Shown piece by piece: positions 14,033 through 27,000 of a stretch of 64,000 bases of DNA (position 1 is the first letter of the stretch; each line of letters opens with the position of its first letter). The stretch spans positions 38,316,001 through 38,380,000 of the forward strand of contig CM060732.1 in assembly GCA_030704615.1 (NCBI GenBank), given 5' to 3'. The DNA comes from Takakia lepidozioides (lineage: Eukaryota > Plantae > Bryophyta). Both the position numbers and the translations under genes were made by a program. Under the pieces are notes generated by a model that did not search any database, was not told the DNA's origin, and saw only the letters and a list, made by a program, of their open reading frames with translations.

Positions 14033-14860
14033 CCCTTAAGTTCCCAAGCGACCTGAATCATGTCACTTTGAATTTGCAGTTCGACCTAATTTTTGCAGAT
14101 CTAATCTGATGGGGCCCACTCCCGAAGCTTTAATGACAAGGGATTTGTCTCGAGTATGATGCAAAAAACAAAATTAAAAAAAAAACAAAAGCTACGACCT
14201 ACAAAAAATATCTTAGATCTCTCATTTACGTTTTGGGGCCTGAAAAGGGCTTGTTGACCGCTGTCGTGGCAGGTATACAAGCCCAAAACAGATTGCACTC
14301 CAAAGGCCATTTTTGGCAAAAAAAAATGAGCAATTTTGGAAAAAACACTTCACCTTGTGGTGTGTGAGCATTACATACACACATCCACCATTGGCTTTTA
14401 AAAAAATTGTAGAAAAAAAAGTACTTCATTTGGATGCACATTTTCTCTTGTCAATTTTGAGAAATCAACCCCCATGTAATTGCATGAATAGCAACCATAG
14501 GTGAAAAAATCAGTTGGACCTGCAATTTAGTGGGGTCATAGTCACTCCACTATTGATTTGGAAATGGTGGGTCTTGGGGCAAGCAAAATTGGATAAAGCT
14601 AGGTTTTGATTTGGTCAAACCAATTTCTTTCTCACTTCTTTTTTGGGACCTGATATTTGAAGTCCGGGCCAACGCTATAATCTCACAATTTCCACAGTGG
14701 ACTTGTCTCATTTTTTGGTATGTCATGCATAAATGAGCTGGGCCCATTGCTATAAGGCTGGAATCTCTGGATGATTTTTGGTAGGTTTCTAGGGGCAATT
14801 TACTGCAGCTGGGTACCCAAAATTGGTAAAATGTCAAAAAAGGGCTGGGGAACTTAAGGG
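14033..14860. mobile_element. piggyBac-type MITE (828 bp) inserted in the Helentron helicase
   Basis: TTAA on both sides (14029-14032, 14861-14864); TIRs CCCTTAAGTTCCCAAGC / GCTGGGGAACTTAAGGG (16/17 match); no coding capacity. Confidence 0.85.
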
Positions 14861-17800
14861 TTAACAGCTTGTAAGATCGTTAGGTGGTGGACGACAACAC
14901 TGATTGTTAATAATATGTATATCAACTTACGTTTGTGTGGCTGTTCTTAATCGATTCAATATATCCGTGAACTGGGTATCTGATTGACGCATAACTTGGT
15001 TTTAGCTTATAACATGTAATAAAATCATGCCAAATTTTTTGAGCTAATGAAGCTGGTCCTTCATTTATTTTCTTAAAAAACCCAAGAATCTCTCAAAGGT
15101 GATGCTTGATAAAAAAATCTCCAGTAATTATGACTTCTAGGTTTCCGAAAAAATGATAGTGTATGCGTGTGATTGACCTTAATCGCATGTCGGCAAATGT
15201 AAACATTATGTTGCCAATATGTCGTTAAAATTGATTTTCGTTTCAATGGATCAGAGCTCTTTCGGATGTCTATCATATATTTTAAGTAAAGTAGCGATAA
15301 AGTGAATGTCTTCCCAGTGCCTGCTCCTCCTGTCAAAAATAAATGTATTGGTACTTCTTGGGATATATATTTTCTGTGTAAACAATCATAAAAAATAGCA
15401 CGTTGTTCTTGATTGAGTTTACGTAATTGTCCATAGAACTCACAATTTGGAATAATGTTGTCTGATGTATTACATGTATTAGCCTCGGCCCTCGGGTATT
15501 GTCGGGTTTACAATGGAATTCTGTATTTATATCATATGGTTCAATTTGTGCAAAGTTTGTGAATGGATGAATTGGACCACTATCGTCAACACCTACAAAT
15601 GTGTCCATCCATATATTACTATGTTTTGCTAATTCATGAGCTTTTGATTCTAAATTTGTCCAATCCGTTAGGTTATCTTCCACAAAAGTAAATACAAATT
15701 TCTTCTGAATAAGTAATATAAATGATTTATGTATCATGCCTAGTCGCATGGTTATGTTTTTGTGATTCTTCAATATTTTGAAACGGATGAAATAATATTT
15801 ATTGTTCTCAACAAAAAAATTCAAGATCACAGTGCTCATTAGAGTGGACATATCGAAAGATATGTGATTTTTTGCGACAAGTGATTTTGTAGTCCACAAT
15901 AAATTCTGCTAAAGCTAAGTTAGGTAGTGTATCTGGACAATCAATATATTTATCAATAGGAGATGCACATTTAATATCATTAGAATTAGGTGGAAGTTTT
16001 TGTAGTATTTTATCGGGTTTTAATACAAATGCACATTCTTATGATGAGAATATATTTATGAATCTAAAAGTTCGAGATGCATGATAAAGGGGTATTGCAA
16101 CATGATGGATGTTGCTAATTGAGCTGACATCTGTTGAGCATTTAAAAACGCATTACATATCTTACGAATTCTTACATTAACATCAACTTGATTATTGAGC
16201 ATTTATTTATTATAAACCGAAATTTATTTGTAATATTTTTATCCATTTTTGTTAGATAAGACGTACAATAACTGACTGCAGCATATGGATCGAACATAAA
16301 TTGTGTGTCAGTATAGGCTTACCAAATATTGCCGCCTGATTGCTAAAAATATTTGTATGAATATCTTTATATACTCTTTTTAAAAATATTTTTGATTTTC
16401 TCAATCGACTCCGTAAAATTCTTATATATGTGTCTATTTTTAAATTAAATAACGCAATAAATCCGTCGAATGAAACATTTGTATTAACATCCATTGTATG
16501 TAGTGTATCAAATATATCGTCTTGTATCGTTGTCATCTAAGTCGTGTTGAAAATATTCTAAAATCATAGTTGAATGTATGGGAGGTATGAGAGGTAATGT
16601 ATGGATTATGAAAACGACATATTGCTTGATTTTTTTCCTTCAAGTTTGTTTGTGTCGATGTATTTGAGCTTCAGGAAGAAGAACATTGTCACATATAATA
16701 TAAGTATCTATTAAGGTTGTGATTTCATCATTACTATGTTTATCATAAATTGGTGCATTTGCTATCCATAACATACTGTGGTTATGTTCTCTTCCTCTGC
16801 TTTGAAATTCAGTGACAAAGAAGTAGTCTTGTACATGACCAAAAATACTTGGATATTTTTTACATAAATCTCTAAATGCTCCCATTCTATTATCATAGTA
16901 ATGTACACAAGTAAGGGGATCTGATCGAATCAATTCAGCAACGTGTTTACGTTCTAAATAATCTATGCTACTAGGAATTTCTAAACTTTCGTGATTGAGT
17001 ATATGTAAAGCTTTTAATAATGGTGACTATTTGCTTTCCGCGCTTGTGAATGTGACAAAAAATGTAGGCGGTCCTAATTGTCGAATCATTGTGAAAATAT
17101 CTTTGCGTAATCGAGCGGCGAACCAAATAATCAGGTGATGTTCGTAGTCTTTCTAAATATCTATAACCCAAATCTGAATACAATAATTTATCTACATTAG
17201 GTTTGTTAGTTAGTTCTTATACTTTTTATTGTCTACCTTTAAGTTTGTCTTTCCAAATGTGTATCCAAGATGATTACGTGACTATATGTATCATTATTTT
17301 AATCGCTTTGAAAAATAGGTTAGGAATGTGAGCGGCGAAATTGTGGTCTTTATGCAAAAGTTTAATAAGACAATTTCAAACAATTAGGTTTTTGACGAGG
17401 AAGACCAAAAAATAGAGTTGGAAAATTTAATTCTTGGCTACAGATATCGTAGAAAAGACCTATGGTTTAAAATATTGACTAGGTGCGACAGTCAAAATCT
17501 CATCGATATTTGAATTTATTCATAATTTAGGATATTTTGAACTAATGTATCGGTTACTACATTTTTTTTCGACTTCTTCAAAATTGTCTGTGGAATGTTC
17601 TTGAAAGTCTACTAGAAGATTGCAATAATCTGTTGATCGTTGTTCTTGTATTTGTTGAGATGTGGCAAATAGATTTGACCATTGTGGACGAATAGTGACA
17701 TAGTTTTCTATGTATAATGGTGTATTGACGAGATCGTATAAAGCACTCATGATAGAGTTAGGGCGGACATTACCTGATAAGTACGGAGATTTGTATTTTA

Positions 17801-20012
17801 GAAGCAAACCAATTGTAGCCTCGTCAATGCGGTAGACGAGATAAAACCATTTGTGTTTGATTTACATTAGATGGAACATTAATTATACTACCATGGCAAC
17901 ATCAGTACAATGTGAATCTCGTTCAATTCCCAGCAGGTGAAGACTTCATTCTTTATCACATGGGAAAAGCCCTCTACCTTCCTTGTGATGCAAGTATGAG
18001 CCCAAAATCTCTTCACTTCAAATGCTATAATTTGAACAATTACATGGTGAATGTTTCTAGAATTTGCACAACCATTCAAATGTCACTTGTAACTGGGTTG
18101 CAGCAGTGTAATTGTGGGGCTCAGTCTTGGGTATCCTGCAATGTTTGCTTCGGTTCAAGGTGATCGAGCACGGCCGGTTCTTCATCTACAAAACTCCTTG
18201 CAAACTTTAGCCCTTGTTCCGCACTTTAGTCCTAGTTAATTTTAGGACTGTAAAGTCTGGGCAAGGAGAAAAGGGTAGGAGCATTGACAGCGAGGGCTCA
18301 TCCACCACGCGAGTCCGTCAAGGTACACAGAACACGGTGAACAAGCACGAATACATTGCCAATGAATCGCGAAAGAGGTAGGGAAAGGTTGATAAGACCT
18401 CAGAGGAAGAGGTAGCTGTCGTGACTGAACTTTGAAGAAAACCCCTACATTCCTATGCTGGTACTAGTTGCAGCCTAGTGGCTATATTCCTCATTACTAT
18501 TGCATCATTCTTATTGGTTGTTCCATCCCAAAGAGAACTCATGCCGAGGTCTTGAGAAGTTCTAAACTCAAATAGATGGCCGTTAGTTTGCCCCCATTCT
18601 TAGCAAGAGCTCTGATGGTTGAATTAACTGAGCAAGAGAGTGCTAATGGAGCAACTTAATTTGTCCTCATTGCATATGTAACATCTATTTATCCTATCTC
18701 ATAGATTATCGGATGACTCTTCCCATGTGTTTTCTGCTAAGATAGAATATGGGTGTCATGAGCAGTGGTACAACATACAACCTAACAATATACAGTGCAG
18801 TACAGACAAAAAAGATCAGATGGGCAAAATTAAAAGGCAACAAGGAGAGACATACAAGCACATAGAGCGATGGTAACAGCTTGTTTGGTGGGGCACAAGA
18901 GCATATATCATGCACTCGTATTTGACTAGCTGGGATGACACATCAAATAAATCCTTGCCTGCAGCAAAACCATTTGAATCTGCCCAAATCCCAGTAAATC
19001 ATTCCTCCTTGGAAGATATTATATGATGTGTCATCCTAAGTTAGCCACTACATATAATCTTTGAACAAACTTTTATTTATTCTAGGCAAACCCTGGACTT
19101 CAGGGGTAACCAAATTAGGTCAACATGCATATCTTTTTAACAATTGTGGAAAACACTACACAATCAGCAATGATGGGAAATGCTTCACTCCCTAGGAACA
19201 TGGATGCTTGGGCTGGATGTAGAGCATGTTGATGAGCGCAATCTTTGTTGTTCTTGGTTTCTTTCTAGCCCTACCTCCCTCTGCTTACTGTCCATACCCT
19301 TGTAATTGGTATATTTGTGCAAAAGCGATATGCGGTGTTATTAGTTTGTCTTCTAATTGGCTTAATCTGTTAACATAATCTATCGATTTATAGTGTGATA
19401 TTTGACTGGGTACTTGATATTTAGGAATTTCATCCTTAGCAAGTCACAATAGTTTACGAACTTCGACATATAGATATTTATTCGTTTGTATTATCTGTAA
19501 TATTAATTTTTTTCATAATTATAATTTAACATTAAATTTTTCTTTGAATTTTTTTGTAAGTTTGGATATTTGTTTTTTGAAACATAGTCTATGACAACAT
19601 ATGCATGGATGTATTGGAATATCAAGCAATTTTTTAGTATATTGGTATTTATGATTATATGATGAGTTCGAACTAATTTTTTCATCAACATTTGAGACTG
19701 AAATTGGAGTAGAGGCAGAGTTCTCGTTACTTGGTTGTACAATTTGGAATATTGTCAAGTTGTACTATTGAACTGTCAATATGTTTTGCAGCATTTCTTC
19801 ATTTTTGGATGATATACTTGAAGTGAGAGTAGATTTGAGAGAACGATGGTTATAGATTCATTTGGTGTATTGCAAAAATTTCTGCTATGTGTTTGAAAGT
19901 GGAAAAAGGATAATTTTCTATTAAATTAAACATGATATTGTCATGAATAGATAGGTAAACATTTAAAACTCATTGGTTTAGTATGAACGTTCATACATTC
20001 TTATTGTCTATA

Positions 20013-20092
20013 AATAGGGGCCACCCTCGAAAGGGGACAATAGCAGTGGCTCTTAGTTACGTTGGCTTCGCCCGGAGTCTTCTCTCTCTCTC
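20013..20092 (+). mobile_element. 80-bp hairpin-rich short interspersed element, copy 1
   Basis: Direct repeat TGTCTATA at 20005-20012 and 20093-20100; CCCTC-GAAA-GGGG hairpin; (CT)n 3' tail; homologous to 43889-43977. Confidence 0.7.
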
Positions 20093-20396
20093 TGTCTATA
20101 GATAGTTGGAAATTAGTGGTTGTCACATGGTTCATATGGGACTCGATATTGAGAGACGAGAGATGATCGGCTCGTAATGACCACTTTTACCTGACAAAGT
20201 TTTTGGATACATACGCATATTCCAATAAAAATGCAATAGAGTCGAACAAACAATCATAGACGACATATGGATAATTTTTCACATGTTCAAGATTTTCAGA
20301 ATGCAAGATAAAATCTATATCCATGTTCAAAAAATGATCTGCATAAGAAAATATGTATTTATTATTAATAAATGTTTTTTTTTTAAATTTACCTAG

Positions 20397-22474
20397 GTGA
20401 AGGGCGTAGATATACAAGTTACTCCGCAGTATTTGCAACAGCTTTTTGAATTACCATCTGGTAATGTGAGCGTGGATGAACACAGGGCAAGATTGCAAGT
20501 AGGGGATCTTTTCCAAGAAACGAGTTTCTTCAGGAACCAGGGATTCACTTGTACCAAAGATCTTGACAACGCTCTCCACAATTTGCAACAACAAATTTTA
20601 GGACCTATACGACTTCGAATTCTTCAAATAGGTCATGATCTTTCGGCTGTAGGCCATTCGGCTTCAACAAAACAATGGAATTGATATCCAGGGACTATTG
20701 GTGGCCGCAGATGTGGAAACTCGTGAAAGAATTTATAAAATCTTGCGACACGTGTGCTAGAGCAAAGAGACCACGACATCGACCTTACGGCCTTCTTCAA
20801 CCATTACCCATTCCATAGTCGTCCGTGTCTATGGACTTTATTACGGACCTTCCAATTTCCAAGACCACCGATTCAATCATTGTTATTGTGGATCGTTTTA
20901 CGAAGATGACATATTTCATTCTATGTAATAAGACGGTTACCGGCGAGAAAACTGCAAGACTCTTCCTCAATAATATCTATCGCAGTCATGGACTCGCGAA
21001 GGACATCGTATCTGATCGATGACCACAGTTCATATCAAATTTCTGGAGGGGATTATTTCACATATTGGATACTAAAATCAACATCTCTACAACTAATTAT
21101 CCACAAACTGATGGTCAAACCGAACGTGTAAAACCAGATTTTGGAGCAATATCTTCGCTGTACGATAAATTATCACCAAGATAATTGGAGGGACCTTCTG
21201 CCATTGGTTGAGTTTGCCTACAACAACACTATACATTTTTCGACCAAACAAACTCCATTTTTCTCCAATTATGGCATCATCCTCGAGCAAACCCTTTCCA
21301 CATGAAGACTGTTGGAAGCCATGTTGAGGAAAACCTTGCTAATCATCTTGCTACGATTCACAAGAAGCTTACATTCTATCTCGCAGAAGCTCAAAAACAA
21401 TACAATGAGTATGCAGGTCAACATTGACAACTTCAACCCCAGTTCAAGGTCGAAGATCGTATGTGGCTTCTTCAACGGGACATACAAACCTCGCGACCAT
21501 CAATAAAGTTGGTATCAACGCCTGAGACCATTCAAAATTATTCGACAAATAAATCCGGTCAGTTTTCGGCTTGAACTCCCACGAAGTATGCGCATCCATC
21601 CAATCTTTCATGTTTCATTATTGAAGTTGTATTATCCATCGAATATTCCAAGGAGAGTTTCCGTACCACCTCCACCAATCGAAGTCAATCCGGGAATCGA
21701 GTATGAAGTCGACGAAGTCTTAGCCTCTAGCATCAAGTATAAACGTCTTGAGTATTTTGTACATTGAAAAGGCTACGACATCAGCGAACGAACGTGCGAA
21801 CCTTCATCCAACCTCGCTAATGCATCTGACAAAGTCCAAGAGTTTCATCAACAATATTCAGCTAAGCCCCGAGCTACACGTCAATAAGACGTCACAACGA
21901 TGATGTCAGCCAAGTTAGTTTCAAGGTGAAGACTCCTCATTCAGTGTATCTGATACACGCTAACGAGGGATGAGCACCCCACATCAGTGTATATAGCTAC
22001 ACTTCCAGCTCTCTTGTATCTTGTATTGGCAGCATTGAGTCATAGGAACCAGATACATTGGAGCTGTCGCTTACCCAACTACCAGATCAATCGTTCCAAC
22101 TCTCACGACCTTCAACATCACGCCGACGCTCTCGAGACGATGGGCCACCAATGCGACGGATACTTCCTCGTCTGGACCTCGTACGATGGCAAGTGGAACC
22201 TACTCGAAGTCTGATAATCATGTTGGAGGTTGAGGCAATGAAATCATATTTGAAGACAACTTCGAATATCAAAATGCTCAAATCACTGCGTGGTCCCAAG
22301 TTCAAGGTGTTCGACACTATCGATGGTTGCAGGGACCTATAAATCATTTGAGTCAAGAACGAAGAGCCGAATACTTGACAAATACCATTCGTTGGATTTT
22401 GGATTTTCTCCAACTCTAAGCAAGTCCAAGATTTTACCGCTCCTCGATGAACTTGACGCTAGAGGAAGGGGTGA
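20397..22474 (+). mobile_element. Ty3/Gypsy chromovirus, 5'-truncated internal region (integrase, chromodomain, PPT)
   Basis: Integrase [41 protein letters not shown]; chromodomain [24 protein letters not shown] (~21700-21880); PPT AGAGGAAGGGG at 22461-22471; many stops. Confidence 0.9.
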
Positions 22475-22994
22475 TGTCACGGACATAGCCCAGAGGAACT
22501 TACCAGGAGTAAATACCAGAAGTTACCAAGTTATTATATTATCAAAAGTTAACATAATTTACCGTGATTTACCATAAATTACCATTAGTTATCAAGTTAC
22601 CGGGAGTTTATCAAATTACTGAGAGTAACTTGGGAAACTGCTCAGGAAGCTTCCTTTGGAGGAAACTTCTCCATCAAGAAACCTCAATTAGGGAAGCTTC
22701 TTAGGGAACTTTCTAGTAGCCAGTATATATAGGAGGCAAGACTGGACACTCTTCAGTCTCGCCAACACAAGTTCAAGCTACTCTTGTTTGCAGTCCCAGT
22801 ACTCCAGTCCACCTTCCAGTATTCTAGTCCAGTTTCCAGTATCTGGTACTCCAGTCCAGTTTCCAGCATTTCAGTATTCCAGTCGAGTTGCAATATCTTG
22901 TACTCTTGTTCATTGTTATAAAGATTATCTTGATTCATGTTTATCCATCATGTATTCGGCCACGCCGACCTTGACTTCTTGTCTAGTCTTATAC
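22475..22994 (+). repeat. Chromovirus 3' LTR, first part
   Basis: Starts TGTCACGGAC just after the PPT; TATA-like TATATATA ~22724; CCAGT-rich repeats; interrupted after 22994. Confidence 0.8.
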
Positions 22995-24013
22995 CAGGGA
23001 TGCCTCGGCGTGAGCCTGGTCACGTGAGTGCAACTGCGCTCACGCCACGTCACCTTGCGCAAATGCCACGTCACGGGGCTCATTCCACGTCATCACACGT
23101 GAAGGCCGCGTCACCACGCGCCCAGAAAGAAGTGGAGTGTATTCCCGCGGATTGACACCCTTTACCGCGGAAACAAGCTGGACGACATAATAAAAGGCAT
23201 TGAATAAATGATGGATGAATATACAGTTGGATGATAAACAGATAGATGAGTGTGAAAAATGAATGTAGATGGATGAATGAGGGATGGATAAGAGTAAAAT
23301 GGATGAATGTATAATGGATGTTGAGCAATGACAAAAATTCATAACAGGAAGATGCATGACCAAAACTTTTGACGAATGCACAACGTATATGAAATGAGTG
23401 TGGAAGGTTTGTGGGGTGGATTAAAGAGTACATATGATGAATGTACAATGGATGTTGAACAAAGGAAAAAATTCATGAATGGAGCACGCATGAATACACT
23501 GTAGATGAATGCACAATGGATATGAGAAGAGTCAGGGAGGTTTGTGAGATGGATTCATACATATTGCAATTTAAATGAAAGTTGATTATGTGATTATTAT
23601 TTGTTCTAAAAGAACAACTACGGTGGAGGAAGGGGATTCAACGTTTTCCAGATAGTATGAAAATGAATATTAAAAGAATACAGTTCAGTCTGACTCAGAG
23701 TCAGTACAATGTATCCCCGCTTCCTCTGCATCTAAGTCTAAGTATTTTAGAACACCGGATCCACGCTGGATACACCTACGGCTGGCCACTAAAAAGTCAG
23801 GGGATAGGGACTCGGCCGCGTGACGTGCCATTGCTTTGGCATAAACAGGAAGCAGAAAATTGGAAAGGGGGCTATCGAAAATAGACTCGCCAGAAATGAC
23901 TGTATCTCCTGAAGATCCACCGTTGCCTTTCCTGAAAGACAGCCTGAAAAAGTTATTACTGTAACTTTGATGTTATTGAGAATTGAGTATGACTCCCAAA
24001 GAGGGTTTAACAC

Positions 24014-27000
24014 TTACTCACATGAAAAGTCGTTGTCGACCTGCTTATCTTCGGGATCGTCATCATTTCGAATTTGAATCCGATCAGTCTGTGTGCCTGA
24101 AGTGGAGCCAGACAAAAGGGGGGGGAGCACTATGTTGTAGAGGTCAGAATCACCCTCCATGCCAAAAAGGTTGAAAAAAAACCAATTCGGAAGGGAAAGA
24201 ACGAACCTGTGGACACAGAAAGATCGACCACCCGTGTAGAGCGGTGGCTGCATGACTCCAGCAGTATTTGCATGAACGCTGGGGACTTTTCATTTGCACC
24301 TCTCCAGGGAGTGTCATCTGGTCTCTTCAGAGTCTGACTGGATTGCATGAAGTTGTACAAAATGTCATCAACATGGGGCTCATAGGGGGGGTTGACGAAA
24401 CAACCCTGGTCAGAAATCTCAAAGCTGCGGATGGAGGATGGTGTCTTTGAGGTGCGAATCCTCCGCAGGCAGATCGCCTCGAACATCCTCGTCTGCCAAA
24501 GATAGCAGGTTAGTGTGGTAAACACAATCTATAGTGGAAGTGTGTACATCGGCTATTCAGAACTCAGACACAAAAAAATCATTTTTATCACGAATCGGTG
24601 ATGATCGGTGTCGATCATAACAGATTCTACTAGAGTGGAGCTGCAGAGAACATTGAAACTCATCATAAAAGCACAAGCAGAAGGGAGACGGCATACCAGC
24701 TGACCCCCGAAACCCCCTTTCACAAGGTAGAGGCTGTTCACACAATTTCATGTGCGCAAAACTTCAAACCCTGAAGACTTGAGGTATGATGCCAATGCCC
24801 GACGACTATCATTGTCACATGACTAAAAAAGCAGAAATGTCCCTGTATCAGAGAGGAAGTTATTACAGAACCCGAACACCCAACTCCAGTAGTTGTCCTC
24901 GAATTTGTTCCAGCCTGGCGTCTTGCCCTTTAGAAGAATTTCTGGCACAGCCTGGCCATCCGGGATGTCGATAATGACAATGTCGGCCGCATAAGTTTTC
25001 TGCACACCGCACACGAAGGTGAGACCTGTGCTCACCTGCAACAAACATGTTTTTTATAAGAACGAAAGCAAGAATGTTTTCAAAGAACGAGACTGAAATA
25101 CTGCCAACGAAACTTTCAGAGAAAAAGGAAAGAAACTGGAATTCTCACCAGATTGAGGAATGAGATTATATTGTCCCAGGTAGGCGATGGCACCCCAGTG
25201 TATCCTCTCTTTCGACTCTGCATCATTGACAGCCAACCCTCATTAACAATTTTCATCTCTCCTGCCGAATCAGAACGGGAAGGGTGTGGCTTGGCATCGA
25301 ACACGCACTGAACAGTGCGGGTATATCTTCCAGCAGTAAAGTCCTGCCCACTCTCCATCTCCTTTTCTTTCTCCTTCCTCTTGTCATTTTCCTTCTCTTT
25401 GGACTTGTCTTTGTCCTTTGGCTTTGCTAGTGAGATGGCTATGACATCAACAGCCTTGTCTTTTGGTTTGCGGCCCGCCTTCTTTCCCTTCTGCAGCGTT
25501 CCCTGAGCATCAGGCTCCTTGGCAGCCAATGTTGCTATGTTTCGTTGGTACTCTTCGTCAGTCAAAGGCGCCAGCGTCTCAGCGTTATTGTTCAAGTATT
25601 TCATATGCTGTTCTTGAAAGGTCGTGTGCTCCAGTGGGCAGTCAAGGTACCACCCACAGTCTCTGAAGTGAGAAGGACTCCAGTCCTTCAATATCCCTGC
25701 AGTATACATGGTTGGATCGTTTGCAGGGTCCGACCACATGTCAAGATAGTCTGGAATTCTGCTCAGGTGATTTCCTTCCATAAGCACATATTTCGTGTAC
25801 CTGAAAAAAGGAGATAAATCCCAACCCACAAAAGCGCTCAGTGAGTAAGATGCAAGTAGAACAGAATGAAAAAAACATAGATTGAAAAGGCTCTGAGAAC
25901 TGCTCCAAGGACCTTTCAAGACCACACGAATGCTCCAGATATGAATGTCGTCAACACCATTCAAAACATTCCATTCAATGATACTGTAAATACACCCTAA
26001 TCCAGGTGAATGCAAACTATCGTTTTGGAATGACACAGACATAGAAGTGAATGTCGTCAACAACATTCACTAATCAAGCCTAATTATTCCTCAAATGAAG
26101 CAAAATCACAGGATGGAAATCATAAACTCGAGTAAGGAACCCTCCAGGAAAACTCAATGCACATTCATAACGAACATATCACTGAGGACCTCACAACAAC
26201 ACTGTATGTGAATGGCGTCAATGCCATTCACAAAAATACCAACAAGGAACCAATTACTTAGTTCCCAATCCATGTAAATTCAAATTGTCGTTGTTGAATA
26301 ATACAGACACAGAAGTGAATGTCGTCAACGACATTCACTTTGGATTTCTCATAACAGAGCTTATCAAGCCTCCAGATTCCTCGCAAGAGGCAAAAACAAT
26401 GCAGAACAACTGAATGTCTGCATTGACATTCAGCAAAATGAAGTGAGGAACCCTCACTGTAACCTCTATGGACATTACAAAAATTTACATAACTCTGAGG
26501 ACCTCTCAACAACTCCGGATGTGAATGTCATCAACGCCATTCAAGGACATTATCAATTCTAATCAGGGACACTATAATTACACCCTTAGATCCTAACCAG
26601 GTGAATTCATATACTCGCTTAAGAATGACTCAGACAAATAAGTGAATGTCGTCAACGACATTCAATCTGGATCTATGATTGCAATCCTTATGAAGCCATA
26701 TTTTTTCCCAAAAAAAGCAGTAGAGTTTCAAGTATGACATTGCACCTGTATACAACTCGCATCATGGCCCACTCTCCTCCAACCTGACTGTCAAAGTCGT
26801 TGGACCGTAAAATGTTACCATCTTTGGAGAACTCCCGGAAAAAACAGTATCTCCAGGTGAGACCTCTCCACTTCCTTATGTATGCCTCCAATGACATTTG
26901 GGGAGGGGAAACAATCGAAATGTTCAGGTCCTTCAAAGTCTGATCCAGCACAATGACGGTGCGCTTTTCGAGCTGCAAATAGTATATTTGTCAGAATTGC

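Larger units (their letters stand above)
11690..20440 (-). mobile_element. Degenerate Helentron/Helitron2-type rolling-circle transposon (OTU-like, Rep, PIF1 helicase, AP endonuclease), with several later insertions
   Basis: OTU-like DCLFDSIAFLL (~20240); Rep DPLTCVHYYDNR and VTEFQSRGREHNHSMLW, QIHRH (16640-16933); Walker A GGAGTGKT (~15320); helicase end LALSCIQ..NLYL (~12530); endonuclease-like IISIYKPP..IIIGNFNVDLL (12001-12306); AT-rich with many stops; ends approximate. Confidence 0.85.

Noticed and set aside
17880-19320. Second higher-GC insert inside the Helentron
   Set aside because: No termini, TSD or protein motif recognised
23190-23560. GATGAAT-rich region with ORFs 23040-23448
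   Set aside because: Low-complexity subterminal repeat of the large element; ORFs look spurious
25942-26664. CRISPR array
   Set aside because: Spacers are ~85-185 bp, irregular and partly homologous to each other; no cas genes; eukaryotic context
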